Shown here in pieces: positions 52,711 through 64,000 of a stretch of DNA of 64,000 nt. The notes under the pieces were generated by a model. It was not told where the DNA came from, made no database searches, and saw only the letters and a list, made by a program, of their open reading frames with translations. The stretch is from Mobula hypostoma. Taxonomy: Eukaryota. Numbering within the stretch: position 1 is the stretch's first letter; the number at the start of each line of letters is the position of its first letter. A program made the translations under genes and the position numbers. The stretch lies in the NCBI RefSeq assembly GCF_963921235.1, contig NC_086108.1:69380001-69444000 (forward strand), given 5' to 3'.

Positions 52711-55700
52711 TTGGTTAAACAAGCAATAAAAGTTAAACAAGGGGGTGGGAATCAAATTAAAGCGGCTAGGTGTGAGGAGGTTAGTTCACAACAGAGGGAT
52801 GGGAACCAGTGCAGAGAGACAGAGGGGTGTAAAGTGAGCGTAGAAGCAAAAAGTACAAAGGGGAAAAGTAAAAGTGGCAGGCCGACAAATCCAGGGCAAG
52901 CATTAAAAAGGGCTAAGAGAGTTGTAAAAGAGTGCCTGAAGGCTTTATGTGTCAATGCAAGGAGCATTCGTAATAAGGTGGATGAATTGAAAGTGCAGAT
53001 TGTTATTAATGATTATGATATAGTTGGGATCACAGAGACATGGCTCCAGGGTGACCAGGGATGGGAGCTCAACGTTCAGGGATATTCAATATTCAGGAGG
53101 GATAGACACGAAGGAAGGGGAGGTGGGGTGGCGTTGCTGGTTAAAAAAGAGATTAACGCAATAGAAAGGAAGGACATAAGCCGGGAAGATGTGGAATCGA
53201 TATGGGTAGAGCTGCGTAACACTAAGGGGCAGAAGACGCTGGTGGGAGTTGTGTACAGGCCACCTAACAGTAGTAGTGAGGTCGGAGATGGTATTAAACA
53301 GGAAATTAGAAATGTGTGCAATAAAGGAACAGCAGTTATAATGGGTGACTTCAATCTACATGTAGACTGGGTGAACCAAATTGGTAAAGGTGCTGAGGAA
53401 GAGGATTTCTTGGAATGTATGCGGGATGGTTTTTTGAACCAACATGTCGAGGAACCGACTAGAGAGCAGGCTATTCTGGACTGGGTTTTGAGCAATGAGG
53501 AAGGGTTAATTAGCGATCTTGTCGTGAGAGGCCCCTTGGGTAAGAGTGACCATAATATGGTGGAATTCTTCATTAACATGGAGAGTGACGTAGTTAATTC
53601 AGAAACAAAGGTTCTGAACTTAAAGAGGGGTAACTTTGAAGGTATGAGACATGAATTAGCTAAGCTAGACTGGCAAATGACACTTCAAGGATTGACGGTG
53701 GATATGCAATGGCAGGCATTTAAAGGTTGCATGGATGAACTACAACAATTGTTCATCCCAGTTTGGCAAAAGAATAAATCAAGGAAGGTAGTGCACCCGT
53801 GGCTGACAAGAGAAATTAGGGATAGTATCAATTCCAAAGAAGTAGCATACAAATTAGCCAGAGAAAGTGGCTCACCTGAGGACTGGGAGAAATTCAGAGT
53901 TCAGCAGAGGAGGACAAAGGGCTTAATTAGGAAGGGGAAAACAGATTATGAGAGAAAACTGGCGGGGAACATAAAAACAGACTGTAAAAGCTTTTATAGA
54001 TATGTAAAAAGGAAAAGACTGATAAAGACAAATGTAGGTCCCCTGCAAACAGAAACAGGTGAATTGATTATGGGGAGCAAGGACATGGCAGACCAATTGA
54101 ATAATTACTTTGGTTCTGTCTTCACTAAGGAGGACATAAATAATCTTCCAGAAATAGTAAGGGACAGAGGGTCCAGTGAGATGGAGGAACTGAGCGAAAT
54201 ACATGTTAGTAGGGAAGTGGTGTTAGGTAAATTGAAGGGATTGAAGGCAGATAAATCCCCAGGGCCAGATGGTCTGCATCCCAGAGTGCTTAAGGAAGTG
54301 GCCCAAGAAATAGTGGATGCATTAGTGATAATTTTTCAAAACTCGTTAGATTCTGGACTAGTTCCTGAGGATTGGAGGGTGGCTAATGTAACCCCACTTT
54401 TTAAAAAAGGAGGGAGAGAGAAACCGGGGAATTATAGGCCGGTTAGCCTAACGTCGGTGGTGGGGAAACTGCTGGAGTCAGTTATCAAGGATGTGATAAC
54501 AGCACATTTGGAAAGCGGTGAAATGATCGGACAAAGTCAGCATGGATTTGTGAAAGGAAAATCATGTCTGACGAATCTCATAGAATTTTTTGAGGATGTA
54601 ACTAGTAGAGTGGATAGGGGAGAACCAGTGGATGTGGTATATTTGGATTTTCAAAAGGCTTTTGACAAGGTCCCACATAGGAGATTAGTGTGCAAACTTA
54701 AAGCACACGGTATTGGGGGTAAGGTATTGGTGTGGGTGGAGAATTGGTTAGCAGACAGGAAGCAAAGAGTGGGAATAAACGGGACCTTTTCAGAATGGCA
54801 GGCAGTGACTAGTGGGGTACCGCAAGGCTCAGTGCTGGGACCCCAGTTGTTTACAATATATATTAATGACTTGGATGAGGGAATTAAATGCAGCATCTCC
54901 AAGTTTGCGGATGACACGAAGCTGGGTGGCAGTGTTAGCAGTGAGGAGGATGCTAAGAGGATGCAGGGTGACTTGGATAGGTTGGGTGAGTGGGCAAACT
55001 CATGGCAGATGCAATTTAATGTGGATAAATGTGAAGTTATCCACTTTGGTGGCAAAAATAGGAAAACAGATTATTATCTGAATGGTGGCCGATTAGGAAA
55101 AGGGGAGGTGCAACGAGACCTGGGTGTCATTATACACCAGTCATTGAAAGTGGGCATGCAGGTACAGCAGGCGGTGAAAAAGGCGAACGGTATGCTGGCA
55201 TTTATAGCGAGAGGATTCGAGTACAGGAGCAGGGAGGTACTACTGCAGTTGTACAAGGCCTTGGTGAGACCACACCTGGAGTATTGTGTGCAGTTTTGGT
55301 CCCCTAATCTGAGGAAAGACATCTTTGCCATAGAGGGAGTACAAAGAAGGTTCACCAGATTGATTCCTGGGATGGCAGGTCTTTCATATGAAGAAAGACT
55401 GGATGAACTGGGCTTGTACTCGTTGGAATTTAGAAGATTGAGGGGGGATCTGATTGAAACGTATAAGATCCTAAAGGGATTGGACAGGCTAGATGCAGGA
55501 AGATTGTTCCCGATGTTGGGGAGGTCTAGAACGAGGGGTCACAGTTTGAGGATAGAGGGGAAGCCTTTTAGGACCGAGGTTAGGAAAAACTTCTTCACAC
55601 AGAGAGTGGTGAATCTGTGGAATTCTCTGCCACAGCAAACTGTTGAGGCCAGTTCATTAGCTATGTTTAAAAGGAAGTTAGATATGGCCCTTGTGGCTAC

Positions 55701-55737
55701 AGGGGTCAGGGGGTATGGAGGGAAGGCTGGGTTCTGA
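52711..55737 (+). CDS. CR1-clade LINE ORF2 (APE endonuclease + reverse transcriptase), uninterrupted
   Basis: NARSIRNK, GITETW, MGDFN, LDWV, SDH (APE); YLDFQKAFDKV, GVPQGSVLGP, FADD (RT); no stops over 1008 codons; true start uncertain. Confidence 0.93.
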   Translation: MVKQAIKVKQGGGNQIKAARCEEVSSQQRDGNQCRETEGCKVSVEAKSTKGKSKSGRPTNPGQALKRAKRVVKECLKALCVNARSIRNKVDELKVQIVINDYDIVGITETWLQGDQGWELNVQGYSIFRRDRHEGRGGGVALLVKKEINAIERKDISREDVESIWVELRNTKGQKTLVGVVYRPPNSSSEVGDGIKQEIRNVCNKGTAVIMGDFNLHVDWVNQIGKGAEEEDFLECMRDGFLNQHVEEPTREQAILDWVLSNEEGLISDLVVRGPLGKSDHNMVEFFINMESDVVNSETKVLNLKRGNFEGMRHELAKLDWQMTLQGLTVDMQWQAFKGCMDELQQLFIPVWQKNKSRKVVHPWLTREIRDSINSKEVAYKLARESGSPEDWEKFRVQQRRTKGLIRKGKTDYERKLAGNIKTDCKSFYRYVKRKRLIKTNVGPLQTETGELIMGSKDMADQLNNYFGSVFTKEDINNLPEIVRDRGSSEMEELSEIHVSREVVLGKLKGLKADKSPGPDGLHPRVLKEVAQEIVDALVIIFQNSLDSGLVPEDWRVANVTPLFKKGGREKPGNYRPVSLTSVVGKLLESVIKDVITAHLESGEMIGQSQHGFVKGKSCLTNLIEFFEDVTSRVDRGEPVDVVYLDFQKAFDKVPHRRLVCKLKAHGIGGKVLVWVENWLADRKQRVGINGTFSEWQAVTSGVPQGSVLGPQLFTIYINDLDEGIKCSISKFADDTKLGGSVSSEEDAKRMQGDLDRLGEWANSWQMQFNVDKCEVIHFGGKNRKTDYYLNGGRLGKGEVQRDLGVIIHQSLKVGMQVQQAVKKANGMLAFIARGFEYRSREVLLQLYKALVRPHLEYCVQFWSPNLRKDIFAIEGVQRRFTRLIPGMAGLSYEERLDELGLYSLEFRRLRGDLIETYKILKGLDRLDAGRLFPMLGRSRTRGHSLRIEGKPFRTEVRKNFFTQRVVNLWNSLPQQTVEASSLAMFKRKLDMALVATGVRGYGGKAGF

Positions 55738-55812
55738 GTTGGATGATCAGCCATGATCATAATAAATGGCGGTGCAGGCTCGAAGGGCCGAATGGCCTAC
55801 TCCTGCACCTAT

Positions 55813-55836
55813 TTTCTATGTTTCTATGTTTCTATG
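55813..55836 (+). repeat. CR1 3' terminal octamer repeat (TTTCTATG)3
   Basis: Seen directly at the end of the CR1 3' UTR. Confidence 0.9.
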
Positions 55837-56937
55837 TTAATAACATTGAATTAGATTAATATTTTGAAGTTTCAAAACATAAATCAAAGGAAGACACAGA
55901 GAATAAGCGTGTAACTTCATCTTTACTTGAAGTGAGGCGTGTATGTATCACGTGGTAGTGTGATGACGTATGCAATTAATGTATTTCTACATATAACCCA
56001 TAATTTAGTTATTTAAATGAATAATTAATCAAACTATATACAAGATTACTCAAATATTATTGAAATATTAAATAAACAACTGACCCACTCTATACAAACC
56101 TCTTAAACCTACCTTAACTTTTAAAAGGAATTAATGAAACAATATGAAGAATGTTACAACCAACTGACCTCAATTTTCCCTCAAACACAGCATCTGACAT
56201 AAGCCGTCAGATGCCACCCCACTGTATTTATATCTCTGAGGAGCAGTGTACATGACCTATAGTTTCTTGTTACAAACAGTAATTTTTCTTGATTGTCACT
56301 TTGAGGACACTGGAACACTCTCTCTATAGTCTGCTGCACAAGGGCATTAGCACAGTGACAAAACTGCTACTGTTCATTGGGGACTGGTTTTCAACAACCG
56401 CGAGTGTGGAGCAGGAATAAATAACACATTCCCATGATGCCATGTCTTGGAAACAGCTGGAGCGATGCAAAAGAACCCAATTTTGAGGCAAGGGTATAAA
56501 CACAGATTAAGTGATGGATTAATCAAGGCACAAATCTGAAAGGCACAAACGCACTTCATCTCAGAACCTGTTAATTATCTGTCAACTTAGACAGCATTAA
56601 ATGTTGACGAAGGACATTGATACCAAAACAAGATTTGAAAGAACTCTACTAGTTACAATGAACATGAAGGCAGGGGCTACAAAAACTGACATAAACAAAT
56701 CTGTGGAGAACTAGACAGTAGATGTCAGTATTTCTGAATACAAATCTCTAATGCACTACTTGGAATTTCTTATCATTGCATTCCAGCAATGATAGCAATG
56801 AATGACATGGACAATTTGCAACCCCTTCAAAGTGATTAAAAGCAAGGCAGTTAGGGTTCTGAATCAAGAAGGATTAAGATGTACTTTTACAAAACCAAGC
56901 CTTTAAGGAATCGTGTGATGCTATTGGGTTTACTGAC

Positions 56938-57796
56938 TGTTACGTACCCAGTAATTGGGTTGCCAAACCAGCAGAAATGGATCACTCAGTTGGAGTCTGG
57001 ATTACTAGAACTAAGGAAGTTTTATTAAAGAAACAAGCAACACAGTACTCTAATTAAAAGGATAATGAATGCAACAGTTCAGCAATGATAAACATACATG
57101 TACACAGAATTAAGATAGCAGGATCAATCAAGCTCTATCGTTGTCTAGGGGCAAATGACCAGTTTCAAAGTGACACAAAGTTCAGTTCAATTTAGTTCAG
57201 TTGGCAGTAATCGTTGCCATGGCGATGGACAGTGGGGGGGGGAGGAGAGAGAGCAAAACGAATGAATATTCAACACAGCTTCCACACAGAGCTTCGCAGT
57301 CAGCTGTCGGGCGAGTCCTTTGTGATGTCATCTGAGGTCACCGACCGTGACCCCTCAGTTTCCAGATACGATCGTTTCCCTGCGCTGAACCTGGCACCCA
57401 GGCAAGGGTGGACACACACCAGGTTCCCGCCGATCGTGCCTTTCCACCCTGTGCATTTATGGCTTGATCCCGCGATCAGCCGTCCAAAAGCTTCCCACCG
57501 ACTTGTGAGAGGCGCACCGCTTCCAGGGTCTCGTTACCTCGGGTGTCGTGTGTGTCCTGCCTTAGCGAACCTGTCCCTTTATATCCCCCTGCTGGGGTAT
57601 CGTCTGTCCATCACTTCAAACAGTTCAGGGTTCAAAGGGGGAGCCGCTCTTGACAGCTCTCCTTCCCCTTCATTACACATCTCCAAATGCTGCTCCATTG
57701 TTTTCCTTATCTCTCTCTCTCCTGAAGACAGGTGGCAGACCAACTGCTGATTCCACAGGACAGCTAACATCTTAATCTATGTGTATTCCTGTCACA
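56938..57796 (-). mobile_element. Solo LTR of the same family as 5979-10733 (diverged), with 4-bp TSD
   Basis: Reverse complement aligns by eye over its whole length with the 859-bp LTR; TGAC flanks both sides (56934-56937, 57797-57800). Confidence 0.93.
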
Positions 57797-58849
57797 TGAC
57801 CAAAAAACTCTTGAGTTCAAATGAAGACCTAAAGCCCTATCGGATATAAATAGCCTCAAGTGCTCTCACTAAAGGGAGGTTATACTGTAACTACCCAATC
57901 TTCAAAGACCCAATCATCTGATGAAGATGATGCCAGCGAATAATGCGACCAAAAGCAATGTCCTTCAGACAATTCCATTCATGAAACTACTCCGTTAACT
58001 TCTTCATCTTTCAGGTATGATTCTGCTACAATGGAACCTGTAGTTTACATCTTGATGGCGTGTTTTTGGGCCGATTGAGCAATCTGACAGTTGGCTGTCT
58101 CCAAGGGTGTTCAGTGAGGTTTCGAGCAGAGTGTGTGGCCTGAAGACCAAGAAACCCGGAGCCGGAGCTGCGAGCCCACGATCAACTCAACCTCTCGCTG
58201 ATCTCATTGCTTAAAGCATCAAGCAAAATTAAAACCAACGAGGACGAGAATAGAAGGCAAGTGGGTATTCAGCACCATCTGCCTGCATTTGACTGGTCCC
58301 TCTCTCCCTCTCACTCACTGCTGCCAGGTAAAGGTGCCTGCATGTGACTGGTCTCTCTCTCTCAATGCTGCCAGAGGATGATGTGGAGCCTTGAGACTTG
58401 GGCAAAGTTAATCAACACAGAGCATGGACTCGATAGTTCATGTTATGATGTGTTTCTGGTTTCTGGCTACTCTTTTTCTTTATTGCTATTTGGTGATTTT
58501 GATCGGGTCAAACTAGCTCTGCAGCCTGTAGTCAACAAACTAAATTGACAATGCTAAATTGAACTGAACTGACCAAAACTGACAATTCCTAGACTGTATC
58601 AATGACTTTGTGGTTTGATGTATTTTTTCCCAATTGTTTCTCGCTGTTCGCATGACTTATTCTTTTTTTGACGGTTGGGTGTTTGATGTTTTCTTTGAAC
58701 GGGTTCCATGGCGTTTCTTTGTTTCGTGGCTCTTTGCGGGAAGACAAATCTCAGGGTTATATACTGATACATACTTCGATAATCAATGTACTTTGAATCT
58801 TAGTTCACTTCTTTGTTTATTCTCTGTAGAGAGTTTATCTAGGGAGGAG

Positions 58850-60580
58850 GTAAAACCACTCAAGGATAAAGGGGAAGAACATTTGCTTGGTTGCAGTTGA
58901 TGTGGGTGAGTTCCTTAATCAGTACTTTACACTAGTATTTATCAAGGAAAAGGAAGTGGAGGATAAGGAGATCAGTGCCGAGCGTATTGATATGCTAGGA
59001 CAATTCAAAGTAAAGAAGGAGGTAGTGTTGGGTCTCTTAAAGAGCATTAAGATGGATAATTTCCCAGGATATACCCCAGGTTATTGAGAGAGGGAAGGCG
59101 AGAGATTGCTGGGGCCTTGACCAGTATCTTTATGTCCCCTCCAGCCATAGGCGAGGTCCGGGAAGACTGGCAAGTAGCCTTTGTTCCATTATTCAAGAAG
59201 ATAACCAGGGATAATCCTGGAAACTAGAGACTGGTGAGTATCACGTCAGTGGTAGGGAAGTTACTGGAGAGAATTCGTAAGGGTAGGATTTATGAACATT
59301 TGGAAAACCATGGCCTAACTAGGGAGAGTCAACATGGCTTTGTGCGCGGCAACTCAGGTCTTACTAACTTGATTGAGTTTTTTGATGAGGTTACCAGGGT
59401 GATTGATGAAGGTAGAGCTGTAGATGTTGCTTACATGGATATTAGTAAGGCATTTGACAAGTTCCCTAATAGGAAGCTCATCAAGAATATTAAGGTGCAT
59501 GGGATCCATGAAGAATTGGTTTATTTGGATTGAGAAATAGCTTGACAATAGAGGATAGTGGGTAGTGGTCAAAGGGACTTATTCTAGGTGGAGGTCTATG
59601 ATTAGTGGTGTTTCCACAGGGACCTGTACTAGGACCACTGCTGTTTGTGATGTACATAAATGACCTGAATTAAAATGTAGATGGGGTAGGTTAGTAAGTT
59701 TGCAGTTGATACAACAATTAACTGTGTTGCAGATAGTGTAGAAGACTGGCAAAGAATACAGCAGGATATAAATCAGTTGCAGATATGGGCAGAGAAATGG
59801 CAGATGGAGTTTAACCCAGATAAATGTGAGGTGTTGCACCCTGACAGGGCAAATGCAAAGAGACAATGTACTGTTAAGGGCAAGATCTTTTACAATGTTG
59901 ATGAGCAGTGGGATCTCGGGGTCCAAGTTCATAGCTCCCTGAAAGTGGCTGCACAGTTTGATAGGATTGTTAAAAAGGCATATGCCATGCTTGCCTTTAT
60001 TATTTGAGGCATTGAGTTCAAAAGTCAGGAAATTATGTTGCAGCTTTATAGAACTCTAGCTAGACTATATCTGGAGTATTGCATACAGTTCTGTTCATCC
60101 CATTACAGAAAGGATGTCAAGGCTTCGGAGAGGGTGTAGAAGCAGTTTACCATAATGTTGCCTTGATTAGAGGACATGCTAAATTGAAAGGTTGGATAAA
60201 ATTGGGTTGTCTTCTCTGAAGCAGCAGAGACTGAGGGGAGGATTATAAGATTGTGAGAGGCATATACAGAGTAGGCAGACAAAATCTTTCTTCCATTGGT
60301 TGAAGTGTTTTAATATCAGAGGGCATGCATTTAAGGTGAGAATGGGTCATTTCAAAGGAAATGTGGGGCAATTTTTTTTCTTACACAGAATGGTGGGTGT
60401 CTGGGGTTTTGGTAGAGGCAGATTAGAGACTTTTAGATAGGTACATGAATGTGAAAATTTGGAAGGATATGGGTGTTGTATAGGCAGAAGAGATTAGCTT
60501 AATTAGCCATTTGATTACTAATTTTATTGGTGTGGCACACCATGAAGGGCCTGTTCCTCTACTGCACTGTTCTAAATTTT
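58850..60580 (+). mobile_element. Decayed CR1 LINE RT region and 3' tail
   Basis: TSVVGKLLE, LTNLIEFFDEVT, MDISKAFDK, WAEKWQMEFNPDKCEVLH. Confidence 0.88.
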
Positions 60581-61959
60581 ATAATTTTCCAGCATTAGAT
60601 TTTCATGGAGCAAATATAAATGCTAAAAACTCAGTTTACTAAAACATTTACATTTGGCAGTCTGATCAGCATCTGGAGGTGGCGGAGAGGGAAGAATTTG
60701 TTGTTATTTTGGAATGAGGAGTTTATGTATTCAGCTTTTGCAGGGCTTCAACCTGAAGTTTTGGCAATTTAATAGCAAAGGAACAAAGTACTATTTCACT
60801 TTTCTTCACCATCCAACTTCAAGAGGGGGATAAGTCTTGAGTACATGGTGTAAATGCTGCAAGCTTGAATCTTTTCATTGCTAGTTTTGATTCAAGAGCA
60901 AAGGTGGATTTGCATGAGTAACTGAGGCTGAGAAAATGGGTAACAGAAGGGCAATTGATCTCAGGAATGAAATATTAACTCGTAACATTTCTTCCAAAGA
61001 AAAGAACAATACCACGTTCTCAAACGGATATTCTTCAGCAGAGATGTATAACGGACTCAGGACACAGCCAGGTTTGGAGCCAAAAGTGGTGGAATGGCAG
61101 TTAATCACCAAAATACTCACAAGAAGAGGTGCATTCTGCAAGATAGAGTTCGTATACCGAATCTCTGATGGGATCAGAAATGAGAAGACAGGATATTGGG
61201 TACAGTTGTAAAAAATTGTCTTGAGAAGGTCAGCAAGATCTTCAGAAAAAATTCCAGGAACCTCGCATGATTACAGTGCATGATACCTTGTGGAACAGTC
61301 TAGACAACTGTAAGATGGCAGATGTTCCTGAAGTAAAACTGACCATTTCAAGAATAATTGGCACTTAAATATTCTGATGAGAGTCAAGAAAAGATAACAT
61401 TACCATTATCTGGCATGAGAGATTACCAATATCTGGTGAATCTTAGTTAAATAGATGTAACATAAGAACTACTCAAAAATCACAGGGTGGAAATCTGTAA
61501 TGCAGTTGAATCCATTTACGTTATTTTTTAAAAATAGTGGACTGGATGGGTGGGGGGTAAGATGGAGGGAGGAGTGCCATATTGAACCCATGTTGCTTTA
61601 GAGCCATCATCCTTTTAAAAATTGTGTCACACCAACAAATGCTCTCTGATCTGCAGCTGAGAGAGCTCAAGAGCCCACACTGTAAAGAGCTCTTGGATAA
61701 ACCTGGTTTGAGTTCACTGGGTCTCATGTGGTTATACATACTGCAAAAAGACTTTTAGGGATTAAGAACTCATTGAACACAAACAATGCTGGGTTTTTTT
61801 GGGTTGTATTAGGGTTCAGCAAAGTCATGTATTTGCTGCTTGTCAAAAATACATCAGCCAAGATATGGATCAACTTTCAATCTTCATTAAGCTCAACTAA
61901 AATTAAATCAGTATTAATAAAGATACATACATTCAAAGTCATTTTAACATTAACATTTA

Positions 61960-63172
61960 TGACACTACTTGGTCACCAATGCCACAGTAGCATCTGCACC
62001 TGCCACAATCCACCAGGAACTGTAAGGCTGCCCAGACACTTGGTCACACCTGGATGACACTGTTGTAACCAGTAAGGATGACAAGAAACGTCTCAAAATC
62101 TCAAGACAGTGTTAAAAAGATTACAATATTATGGGCTAGAGCACGATGCAACAAGTGTGAACTCTTTAAACCAAGCATCACTTACTGTGATCTCACCATT
62201 GACGCACAAGAATTACACAAATGTGCTGAGGAAATTCAAGCAGGGGTGGATGCTCCAAGGTCAAGCAACATACCACAGTTGCAGTCTTTTTTTTTAAGAG
62301 TTTCTCAATTCCTATAACAGGTTCCGGCCAAACCTGACTACCGTGCTCCACCCTTGAACTCATTACTACAGACTGGGAGGAAATAGCAATGGACAAAGTG
62401 GTGTGAGGTGGCTTTCCAAAAGGTACAAGAAATGGTGGCAACACACACTCTACTCACACATTAAGATCCACAATGTCCAGTGAAGCTTCCCTGTGACATT
62501 TCAGCTAATGGTATAGGTGCAGTTATGTCACATGTTATGAGTGATGGAAGTGAACGCCCCATAGTCTTTGCATCACTTTCCCCTACTGCTGCAGAGAAAA
62601 ATTATGCACAGATTGACAGAGAGGCCTTGAGTCTGGTTTGGGCTGTAAAACTTTTCAATCAGTACTTGCATAGGAGAGAGTTTACCCTCATTATTGATCA
62701 TCAACCACTGGTGTCCATGTTCAATCCACAGAAGGGTGTTCCACTAACAGAGGCAGCACAAGTGCAGAGATGGGCTCTGTTTCTTGGAGGACACAATTAC
62801 AAGACTGAATTAAAGAGGAAAACTAATCATGGAATTGGTCCCAGTTATCCTTGCAAAAGGAAATACTAGAAAAATTAACAAAAAAAGACACTCCTTTTGA
62901 CATACTCTCCCTAATGCAAATCAATGGCAGAAATAATCCAAAGGGAAACCAGAAAAGACCCTGCACTGTCTCAAGCCTGCAGGGTCGCTGAAAATTGCGT
63001 TGGAATGTGCAGCAGAAATTCCAGTTTCCCCATTTTTATTAGCGCTGGGATGAGTTTGCCCTTGACAGAGGTTGCCTTATGTGGGGATTGACAGTCGTTG
63101 TACCATCCAAGCTGAGAGCTAAATTGTTGGAGGAGCTACATGCTGGTCATCTATGTGTGGTCAGAATGAAAG
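61960..63172 (+). mobile_element. Decayed Ty3/gypsy pol fragment (RT end, RNase H, start of integrase)
   Basis: CDISANGIGAVMSH..DGSERPIVFAS..AEKNYAQIDREAL..FTLIIDHQPL..QRWAL; VVVPSKLRAKLLEELHAGH; standard RT-RH-IN order. Confidence 0.85.
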
Positions 63173-63980
63173 CAAGCCAGTTCTGTATCCACAAAGCAAG
63201 GTCCCCTTGGATCTCATGCCTCCTTACTCTCTCAATAAGCCTTGCATGGGGTACCTTATCAAATGCCTTGCTGAAATCTATATACATGTCATCTACTGCT
63301 CTGCCTCCATCAACATGTTTAGTCACATCCTCAAAAAATTCAATCAGGCTCGTAAGGCACGACCTGCCTTTGACAAAGCCATGCTGAATATTCTTAATCA
63401 TATTATGCCTCTCCAAATGTTCATAAATCCTGCCTCTCAGGATCTTTTCCATCAACTTACCAACCACTGAAGTAAGGCTCACTGGTCTATAATTTCCTGG
63501 GCTATCTCTACTCCCTTTCTCGAATAAGGGAATAACATCTGCAACCCTTCAATCCTCCGGAACCTCTCTCATCCCCATTGATGATGCAAAGATTATTGCC
63601 AGAGGCTCAGCAATCTCCTCCCTCACCTCCCACAGCAGCCTGGGGTACATCTTGTCCAGTCCCGGAGACTTATCCAACTTGATGCTTTCCAAAAGCTCCA
63701 GCACATCCTCTTTCTTAATGTCTACATGCTCAAGTTTTTCAGCCTGCTGTAAGTCATCCCTACAATCGTGAAGATCCTTTTCTGTAGTGAATACTGAAGC
63801 AAAGTTTTCATTAAATACCTCTGCTATCTCCTCCGGTTCCATACACATTTTTCCACTGTCACACTTAATTGGTCCTATTCTCTCACATCTTATCCTCTTG
63901 CTCTTCACACACTTGTAGAATGCCTTGGGGTTTTCCTTAATCCTGCTCGCCAAGGCCTTCTCAAGGCCCCTTCTGCTCAT
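63173..63980 (-). mobile_element. CR1 LINE internal fragment abutting the gypsy integrase
   Basis: KSPGLDKMYPRLL, SLTSVVGKLME, SCLTSLIEFFEDVT, DFSKAFDKVPH on the minus strand. Confidence 0.88.
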
Positions 63981-64000
63981 CTGTTTTGTTCATGATGTTT

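Noticed and set aside
55845..56080. Possible short degenerate LTR of another gypsy family
   Set aside because: No second copy, TSD or clear TG...CA termini in the window to support it.
61695..61740. ELKPG peptide as a candidate upstream TTC39A exon end (..LKPR)
   Set aside because: Wrong splice phase and no similarity in the upstream residues; the exon probably lies beyond the window.

Overview
Vertebrate genomic DNA, inferred to be a cartilaginous fish from its repeat content. The whole window lies inside one minus-strand gene, TTC39A. I can read 15 internal coding exons (1464 nt, 488 codons, phases consistent, one GC-AG intron); the first and last exons appear to lie outside the window. 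The introns are filled with transposons: (1) a young Gmr1-like Ty3/gypsy element with apparently identical 859-bp LTRs, whose single 921-aa ORF has intact Gag/SCAN-like, zinc-knuckle and protease regions fused in frame to catalytically dead, deleted integrase/RT remnants, plus a solo LTR of the same family; (2) a HERO-like RT-RLE non-LTR element with 40-bp element-derived terminal direct repeats and a structured RNA that is complete only when the 3' end is joined to the 5' end; (3) a CR1 LINE with an intact ORF2; (4) a Penelope-like element with a hammerhead motif nested in a CR1 tail; and (5) many decayed CR1, Rex-Babar, Tx1, gypsy and MITE fragments. Family assignments come from motif recognition, not database searches.
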